This document shows positions 57,747-64,000 of a stretch of 64,000 bases of DNA, one piece after another. The notes under the pieces were generated by a model, which saw only the letters and a list, made by a program, of their open reading frames with translations, was not told where the DNA came from and ran no database searches. Numbering within the stretch: the stretch's first letter is position 1; each line of letters opens with the position of its first letter. The DNA is taken from contig CAZHNI010000004.1 in assembly GCA_964533715.1 (NCBI GenBank), positions 13,741 through 77,740 of the forward strand, given 5' to 3'. The stretch is from an uncultured Gammaproteobacteria bacterium (GTDB taxonomy: Bacteria > Patescibacteriota > Patescibacteriia > Magasanikbacterales > GWA2-37-8). Both the position numbers and the translations under genes were made by a program.

Positions 57747-58457
57747 ATGGCTACTCTCGTTTTTGATATTGAAACAGTTGGTGAGGATTTTGATGCGCTT
57801 GATGCTACCACACAAAAAATGCTTACGCGTTGGCTTAAGCGCGAATCATATGATGATGAAGAGTATCAAACCGCTCTTCTTGATATAAAAAATGGTTTAG
57901 GTTTTTCTCCGCTTACCGGCGAAATTGTAGCCATTGGGGTGCTTGATGTCGAAAAAAATAAGGGGGCAGTATATTATCAAGCACCCGGGCAAACCAATCG
58001 GGATGAAGAAATTGATGGTGTTAGTTTTAAACAAAAAACCGAAAGTGAAATGCTTCAGAGTTTTTGGGAGGGGGCGAAGCAATATCAACATTTTGTAAGT
58101 TTTAACGGTCGTCAGTTTGATGTTCCATATTTAATGGTTCGTTCCGCCATTCACAAAATAAAACCAACTAAAAATTTGCTAGCAAATCGGTATCTTAATT
58201 ATCAGCGCGATGATGCCAAGCATATTGATTTACTCGATCAACTTAGTTTTTACGGTACGGTTAAACGAAAGGGGAGTCTCCATTTGTGGAGCAGGGCATT
58301 TAACATTAAAAGCCCCAAAGCGGATGGGGTAGACGGTGATGATGTGGCCGGGCTATTTAAAGCCAAAAAGTTTTTAGACATTGCCAAATATAATGTGGGG
58401 GATTTACGCGCCACGAAAGAACTTTTTGAATGTTGGAAAGAATATTTTGATATTTAA
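57747..58457 (+). CDS. RNase H-like 3'-5' exonuclease domain protein
   Basis: LVFDIETVG is a DEDD-type Exo I motif, and FNGRQFDVPYL is also present. The alternative start is the ATG at 57726 inside the repeat arm; the ORF track starts at 57675. Confidence 0.6.
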   Translation: MATLVFDIETVGEDFDALDATTQKMLTRWLKRESYDDEEYQTALLDIKNGLGFSPLTGEIVAIGVLDVEKNKGAVYYQAPGQTNRDEEIDGVSFKQKTESEMLQSFWEGAKQYQHFVSFNGRQFDVPYLMVRSAIHKIKPTKNLLANRYLNYQRDDAKHIDLLDQLSFYGTVKRKGSLHLWSRAFNIKSPKADGVDGDDVAGLFKAKKFLDIAKYNVGDLRATKELFECWKEYFDI

Positions 58458-58459
58458 TC

Positions 58460-59029
58460 ATGTTTAATACAAGCGACACAAAAATGTTGTTGGCATTGGC
58501 TCGTCAATCCATTGAGCATTTTTTGACAACCGGTACAAAATTGAGTGTAAATGCAAAATCAATTCCAAAAAATTTGCTAGAGAAACGCGCTTCTTTTGTT
58601 ACTCTTACCAAAGATTTTGAATTGCGCGGTTGTGTTGGTCATCTTACAGCAATACAGCCTTTGTATTTAGATATTACGGAGAACGCCTACTCGGCGGCCT
58701 TTGAAGATGATCGGTTTTTGCCGCTCACCAAAGAAGAATTACCTCAGGTAGTTATTGAAATTTCAATTTTAACTCCGCCTCGGCCGCTTGCGTTTTTATC
58801 TTCTCAAGAATTACTTAATAAATTAACTATTGGTGTGGATGGAGTAATTATTTCGCGAGGAGGAAAAAGTGCCACATATTTACCACAAGTATGGGATGAG
58901 ATTTTAGATAAAAAAGATTTTCTCTCATCGCTCTGCCTTAAGGCTGGCTTACCACCCAATGATTGGCAAAAACCAGGAATCAAAATCAGCACATATCAAG
59001 TAGAAATTATTCAAGAAACGACAATATAG
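58460..59029 (+). CDS. AMMECR1 domain protein
   Basis: LRGCVGHL matches the AMMECR1 signature. Confidence 0.75.
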   Translation: MFNTSDTKMLLALARQSIEHFLTTGTKLSVNAKSIPKNLLEKRASFVTLTKDFELRGCVGHLTAIQPLYLDITENAYSAAFEDDRFLPLTKEELPQVVIEISILTPPRPLAFLSSQELLNKLTIGVDGVIISRGGKSATYLPQVWDEILDKKDFLSSLCLKAGLPPNDWQKPGIKISTYQVEIIQETTI

Positions 59030-59041
59030 CAACTTAACAAA

Positions 59042-61207
59042 ATGCAGTCATTCCGTTGTGTTGAACTACATCACCATGTATTGTATACTATAGGTATGGA
59101 AGAACCAGCCAAACCAATTCAAGCACCAGAAATAAGAGTTGACCCTGATATCAACTTTTTTGGCGTTACCAACTATCGTAATCAAAACCGTAAATTTGGC
59201 ATTAAAATTGATGATCGTCGTCGGCACATGTATGTGGTAGGTAAAACCGGCATGGGCAAAACCACTATTTTGGAAAATATGGTGCTTAATGATATTTATG
59301 CCGGCCACGGTGTTGGTGTAGTTGACCCTCATGGTGATTTTGCCGAAAAAATTATTAACTATATACCATCTAATCGTATAAATGACGTGGTGTATTTTAA
59401 CCCATCCGATTTGGACTACCCAATTGGGTTCAATATTTTAGAGACAATTCGTCCAGAGCAAAAACATTTGGTAGCCTCTGGCCTTATGAACGTCTTTAAA
59501 AAAATCTGGCCCGATGTGTGGAGCGCACGCATGGAGTATATTTTAAACAATACCATTTTGGCACTGTTGGATTTTCCAGGTACAACGCTCCTGGGTATCA
59601 ATCGCATGTTGGCCGATGAAGAATATCGTAAACGCGTAGTTAATAATACGCAAGATCCAGTAGTTAAAGCCTATTGGCAAACAGAATTTGCCAATTATAG
59701 TGATAAATTTCGTTCCGAAGCAGTCTCTCCAATTCAAAATAAAATTGGTCAATTTTTATCAGCTTCAGTTATTCGTAATATTGTGGCGCAAGTTAAATCG
59801 CGAATTAACATTCGCGAAATAATGGATCAAAAGAAAATTTTTGTAATGAATTTGTCAAAAGGTAGAATCGGTGAGGATAACTCTCGTCTTTTGGGTGGTA
59901 TGCTGGTAACAAAAATTCAACTCTCAGCTATGGAGCGGGTAGATATTCCCGAATCGACTCGTAAAGATTTTTTCTTGTATGTTGATGAGTTTCAAAATTT
60001 CGCTACTGAAAGTTTTGCCAATATTTTGTCCGAAGCGCGCAAATATCGCCTCGATTTAATTATGGCTCACCAGTACATGGAACAATTGGACGAAACCGTA
60101 CTGGCCGCTGTTATTGGTAACGTGGGTACTATGGTAACTTTTCGGGTTGGTTCAACCGATGCCGAAATTTTGGCCAAAGAATTTGCCCCCACTTTTGTAG
60201 AAGAAGACCTGGTTAATTTGCCCAAATACCACACCTATCTTAAACTCATGATTGACGGTGTAGCGTCACGCCCTTTTAGCGCATTGACGTTGCCACCAAT
60301 TGGGTCGCCAACCAGTAGCGCCGAAAAGGTAATTCGTGTTTCACGTGAGCGATACGCTGTACCGCGCGATAAAATTGAAGATAAAATTGCTCGCTGGAGT
60401 GGAATGGTAATAATGACCGATGAACAATCGGCTATGCTTGATGTAGATGAAGAAGAAGCAGCGTTTAAAAATGCTATGCCTTCAATTTCTGGGGCACCTA
60501 AAAAATCAGAACCACCTGCCGCAGCGTCCCTTCAACCGGTGGTTCGTCGCTCCGAAACGCAGCCATCACCAAAGACTGCACTACCACGCGAATCTCCTCG
60601 ACAAAATCCACCACAAAATAATAGCCAACCACCGACAGTGCGGCCAGCAAGTCCTTCTGTTTCGCCAGCTTCACGCCCTCAGTCTTCGCCAGTACAAATG
60701 CAACGACAACCGCAAACAATGGGTAGCTGGTCGTCATCGAGTAACCAACAAAATCCAGATGGGCCACGCAAAAGAAAACGAAAACGCGGTGGTAAAAATC
60801 GAGGTTCTAGCGGTCAGCCTGGCCAGGAAGGTCAAGAAGTTCTTTTGGTTGATCCAACACAGCGCGGCATTTCGTTGAATTCCATGCTTAATAGTAGAGA
60901 ACAAAGTCAAAGACAACCTTCAGAAAACAAACCGCAAGAATCTCGCCAATCAGAGTCTGCGCAGTTCATGCCCCAAGAATCTTCTTTAAAACAACCTGAG
61001 CCTCCGCCGCTTGATCTTGGTTTTTTGCCTATTGATATTCCTACACCACCTCCGCCGCCTCAAAGCCCAGCGAAGAATGAGCCACAACAGTCTGTATCAC
61101 CGCCACGGGTACAAGCCGAACCAGTACCTGCCCCAGCCCCACAGCCAAATTCACCAACTCCTCTTAAAATAGTTGAACCAGGAAAAATTGTTAAAATTGA
61201 TGATTAA
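59042..61207 (+). CDS. VirD4/TraG/TraD-like type IV coupling-protein-family ATPase with long Pro/Gln-rich C-terminal tail
   Basis: Walker A (VVGKTGMGKTT), Walker B (FFLYVDEFQNF) and an LIMAHQYMEQL motif matching the VirD4/TrwB HQ signature. There is no N-terminal TM helix, and the last ~250 aa are low-complexity P/Q/S-rich. The probable start is near 59096. Confidence 0.6.
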   Translation: MQSFRCVELHHHVLYTIGMEEPAKPIQAPEIRVDPDINFFGVTNYRNQNRKFGIKIDDRRRHMYVVGKTGMGKTTILENMVLNDIYAGHGVGVVDPHGDFAEKIINYIPSNRINDVVYFNPSDLDYPIGFNILETIRPEQKHLVASGLMNVFKKIWPDVWSARMEYILNNTILALLDFPGTTLLGINRMLADEEYRKRVVNNTQDPVVKAYWQTEFANYSDKFRSEAVSPIQNKIGQFLSASVIRNIVAQVKSRINIREIMDQKKIFVMNLSKGRIGEDNSRLLGGMLVTKIQLSAMERVDIPESTRKDFFLYVDEFQNFATESFANILSEARKYRLDLIMAHQYMEQLDETVLAAVIGNVGTMVTFRVGSTDAEILAKEFAPTFVEEDLVNLPKYHTYLKLMIDGVASRPFSALTLPPIGSPTSSAEKVIRVSRERYAVPRDKIEDKIARWSGMVIMTDEQSAMLDVDEEEAAFKNAMPSISGAPKKSEPPAAASLQPVVRRSETQPSPKTALPRESPRQNPPQNNSQPPTVRPASPSVSPASRPQSSPVQMQRQPQTMGSWSSSSNQQNPDGPRKRKRKRGGKNRGSSGQPGQEGQEVLLVDPTQRGISLNSMLNSREQSQRQPSENKPQESRQSESAQFMPQESSLKQPEPPPLDLGFLPIDIPTPPPPPQSPAKNEPQQSVSPPRVQAEPVPAPAPQPNSPTPLKIVEPGKIVKIDD

Positions 61208-61332
61208 AATTGTTAAAGTTAGATTGAAAAAGGTAGCATTGTAAATGTTGTCTTTCCAGTCTACTAGCTTAATTGACGTAGTGAGTTGGATCACACGAAA
61301 AGTGTAAAAAATTTTCCGACAGGTTGTAAATT

Positions 61333-62403
61333 ATGGAAAAAATTCAAATAATTTTCACTCGTGACTTTGATCAATGGATACAAGAAATGATTCGTAATTC
61401 TCTTGTTGTTGGGGTCAAGACAATTTGGGGAATTAGTTTTTCTGATCAGATTGTTCATTTTAATGGTAAAACTTTTACTTGGTACCGTTATGATGATGAT
61501 ATGCTCAGAGTTAAAAATTTTTTAATCAGCCATCCGCTAGATGAATATATTTTTAGTGAACAAAGTCAGAAAATATTTTTAGAACGAGTTGCTGAATTAA
61601 GAACAATGAGTAGCGTGCCTCCTCGTAGCATTCTTAATAATTCCGAATATTTACAAAAAATTACAGACCTTTTCGTTAAAATGTACCCATACTATCCATT
61701 GGGTATTTTTATTCCAGGCCATTGGCGACAAGAATTTTTGCAGCTTCATGGTAAGGATGGAGAAAAAATACTGAAGAGACTTTATAATAGCCGTACACGC
61801 AGCGAGGGACTCCTTAAAGAAGTTGGAAATTTTTTAAGAGCCTGGCTTTCACCTGCCTTAGAACAGCATAGTTATTTAACTGAATATGTTAGACTCCTGA
61901 CCGTGGGAGAAATTAAAAATTTAGTAGAAAATAATTTGTTACCAGAACGAAACGTTTTAGAAGAAAGAGGCAAAGGTTACGTTTATTTTGATAATGAAAT
62001 TTTTCCAATAACTAACTTTGAAGAATTTTTAGAACAGCACAATTTGTTTTTACCCAACAATTTATCTAGTGATGAGAGTGGTTTTTGTAAAGGCACGGTG
62101 GCCTACCCTTTTTCTGGTCTACTGGAAGGCAAGGTGCAACTCATGTATAATTCTTACGATGTTAACGGTTTTAAACCAGGCTCTATATTAGTGACTCCAA
62201 TGACATCGCCTGAATATTTACCAGCCATGAAAAAAGCTAAAGCTATTATTACCGATGAAGGAGGTCTAACCTGCCATGCCGCTATTGTGTCGCGAGAATT
62301 GGGCGTTCCCTGTATTATTGGCACCAAGATTGCCACACAGGTTTTAAAAGACGGTGATATGGTAGAAGTTGATGCAGAGAAGGGGATAGTAAGAAAAATT
62401 TAA
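61333..62403 (+). CDS. protein with C-terminal PEP-utilising-enzyme mobile (phosphohistidine swivel) domain and unknown N-terminal domain
   Basis: The C-terminal ITDEGGLTCHAAIVSRELGVPCIIGT matches PF00391. The N-terminal ~270 aa are uncharacterised. Confidence 0.7.
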   Translation: MEKIQIIFTRDFDQWIQEMIRNSLVVGVKTIWGISFSDQIVHFNGKTFTWYRYDDDMLRVKNFLISHPLDEYIFSEQSQKIFLERVAELRTMSSVPPRSILNNSEYLQKITDLFVKMYPYYPLGIFIPGHWRQEFLQLHGKDGEKILKRLYNSRTRSEGLLKEVGNFLRAWLSPALEQHSYLTEYVRLLTVGEIKNLVENNLLPERNVLEERGKGYVYFDNEIFPITNFEEFLEQHNLFLPNNLSSDESGFCKGTVAYPFSGLLEGKVQLMYNSYDVNGFKPGSILVTPMTSPEYLPAMKKAKAIITDEGGLTCHAAIVSRELGVPCIIGTKIATQVLKDGDMVEVDAEKGIVRKI

Positions 62404-62404
62404 T

Positions 62405-63490
62405 ATGTCACACCTCAAATTTTTTAAAGATATTACCAAATCAAGTGTCGCCGAAGCCGGAGGTAAAGGTGCCTCACTTGGTGAAATGACTAACGCCGGC
62501 ATCCCAGTGCCGCCTGGTTTTGTAGTTGTAGCCAACGCCTTTGATAGATTTGTGGAAGAGACACTGCTTAAGGAAGAAATTGCGGCACGGCTTAAAGAAG
62601 TAAATCCCGCCGATATCAATACCGTAGATCGCGCCAGCAATGTTATTCGCGATTCTATTAATGACCGCCCCATGCCCAAGGATTTAGAAGATGAAATTCT
62701 TAAGGCGTTTGATGAGTTGCAAGACCTCTCCCTACCCGCTCCTTTGCAAAGGAGAGGGGGCGGCGGCGATTCTTTCTCGCCTCCGCAGAGGAGAGAACGG
62801 GAAGAGAGGTCTGGAAATTTTTTTGTAGCCGTCCGCTCCAGTGCCACTGCGGAAGATTCGTCCGTTGCCAGTTGGGCAGGGGAGTTAGAAACGTACCTTA
62901 ACACCACGCGCGAAAATGTGCTTGAGCGTGTTAAAAAGTGTTGGTCATCTTTATTTACGCCGCGTGCTATTTTTTATCGTCATGAAAAAAATTTAGCTAA
63001 TACGCACGTTTCGGTTGCAGTAGTTATTCAAAAAATGGTACAATCAGAAATCTCGGGCATTGCATTTACCGTCCACCCCGTTACCGAAGATTATGACCAA
63101 ATGATTATTGAGGCTGGCCTCGGCCTTGGTGAAGCAATTGTAAGTGGCCAGGTTACGCCCGATAGTTATGTGGTAAGTAAAAAAGAAATGAGCATACTTG
63201 ATATAAGCGTAAACATACAAACCAAGATGTTGGTTAAGTCAAAAAAGCAACATACCAGTGGAGTAATAAAACAAGTGGTGGCTGAAGACGGTATATCAAA
63301 TGAATGGATTGAATTAAGTGAGACTGAAGGGGGTAAACAAAAACTCACCGGCAAACAAATTATTGAAGCCGCCCAAATTTTTTTGCATATTGAAAAACAT
63401 TATGGTTTTCCGTGCGATATTGAATGGGCATTTGCGGATGGAAAATTTTATATTACGCAGAGCAGGCCGATAACGACACTTAAAAAATAA
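62405..63490 (+). CDS. PEP/pyruvate-binding (ATP-grasp, PPDK_N) domain protein
   Basis: GGKGASLGEMTNAGIPVPPGFVV, VAVRSSATAED and SGIAFTVHP are PEP synthase/PPDK N-terminal motifs. Its start is 2 nt after the previous stop. Confidence 0.75.
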   Translation: MSHLKFFKDITKSSVAEAGGKGASLGEMTNAGIPVPPGFVVVANAFDRFVEETLLKEEIAARLKEVNPADINTVDRASNVIRDSINDRPMPKDLEDEILKAFDELQDLSLPAPLQRRGGGGDSFSPPQRREREERSGNFFVAVRSSATAEDSSVASWAGELETYLNTTRENVLERVKKCWSSLFTPRAIFYRHEKNLANTHVSVAVVIQKMVQSEISGIAFTVHPVTEDYDQMIIEAGLGLGEAIVSGQVTPDSYVVSKKEMSILDISVNIQTKMLVKSKKQHTSGVIKQVVAEDGISNEWIELSETEGGKQKLTGKQIIEAAQIFLHIEKHYGFPCDIEWAFADGKFYITQSRPITTLKK

Positions 63491-63491
63491 T

Positions 63492-63634
63492 TGTCATTTC
63501 GAACGAATGTGAGAAATCCCTGTCTGCGCCATGCCTGCGCATGCAGGAGGCAGGTCTGTTTCACTCAACGGACACTCATCACTATTGTGACAGAGATTCC
63601 TCGTCGGCTGCCAAGCCTCGCTCGGAATGACAGT
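63492..63634. repeat. palindromic mini-element, long form (copy 7, inverted relative to copy 1)
   Basis: TTGTCATTTCGAACGAATGTGAGAAATCCCTGTC...GACAGAGATTCC...GCCTCGCTCGGAATGACAGT. Its core CTGCGCCATGCCTGCGCATGCAGGAGGCAGG is the exact reverse complement of the copy-1 core. Confidence 0.85.
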
Positions 63635-63644
63635 ATGTGAGACT

Positions 63645-64000
63645 ATGAATCCAGTATTAGCATTAATTCTCGCCAACAGTATTTGGGGTGCCGGGCCACC
63701 AATTTTTAAATTAGCCCTAACTAACATTCCACCCTTTACGTTGGCGTTTATTCGGTTTTTTTTAGCCGCAATTATTTTTTTACCTATTGCCTTGCGCCAA
63801 CCGCTTCGAGCGCTTAATTTTAAAGATTGGGCGGCCATTGTAGTAGGTTCATTTTTTGGTGTCACTGTTAATATTGGTGCTTATTTTTTGGGGCTTGAGC
63901 GCGCTGAAAGTATCAATGCTTCGGTTATTGCATCAAGTGCGCCAGTATTTGTTTTCTTTTTATCCATTCTTTTTTTACACGAAAAAGCACGTCTGCGCAC
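63645..64000 (+). CDS. EamA/DMT-family transporter (5' partial, runs off window)
   Basis: IWGAGPPIFKLALTNIPPFTLAFIRFFLAAI is EamA-like. It is not in the ORF track because it has no stop within the window. Confidence 0.6.
   Translation, partial: MNPVLALILANSIWGAGPPIFKLALTNIPPFTLAFIRFFLAAIIFLPIALRQPLRALNFKDWAAIVVGSFFGVTVNIGAYFLGLERAESINASVIASSAPVFVFFLSILFLHEKARLR

Noticed and set aside
2582-63634. CRISPR array interpretation of the recurring GTCATTCCGA...TCGGAATGAC sequences
   Set aside because: Copies are tens of kb apart and in both orientations. They are internally palindromic with variable cores and have no regularly spaced unique spacers.
63494-63865. 123-aa minus-strand ORF
   Set aside because: It runs antisense across the palindromic element copy 7 and the N-terminus of the EamA transporter. 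Its length probably reflects the GC-rich palindrome lacking stop codons.

Overview
This is a low-GC, gene-dense window, almost entirely coding on both strands, with no rRNA, tRNA or CRISPR array that I can see. The gene set and gene sizes are consistent with a streamlined Patescibacteria/CPR-like genome: pilin-like proteins, a DUF5666-like secreted protein, a GxxExxY gene, a VirD4-like ATPase and many small hypotheticals. That lineage call is inference only.

The recognisable backbone, in order, is:
- A heat-shock locus: a CIRCE-regulated hrcA, a NUDIX-GrpE fusion ORF, hsp20, then dnaK and dnaJ with two unknown genes wedged between them.
- A queuosine salvage pair (YhhQ-type transporter and queF) split by a mobile-looking insert.
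- rnhA, murA, ctpA, era, rplI and pyrG.
- A surface-glycan cluster: sugar-1-phosphate transferase, S8 protease, UXS-like epimerase, GT2, DUF2304, GT4, an EEP phosphoesterase and a methyltransferase.
- recJ, lepA and murJ.
- A beta-CASP MBL RNase.
- A truncated dcw head (mraZ-rsmH-ftsL) with a GxxExxY gene cassette inserted between its promoter/MraZ boxes and mraZ.
- An AT-rich islet carrying a HEPN-like gene.
- A membrane-anchored zinc-ribbon Hsp100/Clp ATPase with a degenerate first ATPase domain (D1).
- A WecA-family transferase, DUF192, rplU, recR, ybaB and dnaB.
- A HIT/NUDIX/SLT/SNase/cyclophilin run, an RNase-H-like exonuclease and AMMECR1.
- A VirD4/TraG-like ATPase with a long Pro/Gln-rich tail, then a split, domain-permuted PEP-utilising phosphotransferase pair.

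The most striking feature is a family of GC-rich palindromic mini-elements in an AT-rich genome. I count at least seven copies in 64 kb, with terminal inverted arms of the form CTGTCATTCCGA...TCGGAATGACAG and an inner GA(A/T)TCTCTGTC...GACAGAGATTC hairpin. One copy carries a complete GIY-YIG (UPF0213-type) nuclease gene in its hairpin loop, which makes it a candidate autonomous parent for the shorter, MITE-like copies. Another copy is inserted in-frame inside rsmH, in the manner of a Rickettsia palindromic element. Several copies donate ATG start codons to the gene immediately downstream.

All coordinates are read by eye and may be off by a few nucleotides. All functional calls rest on motif recognition only.
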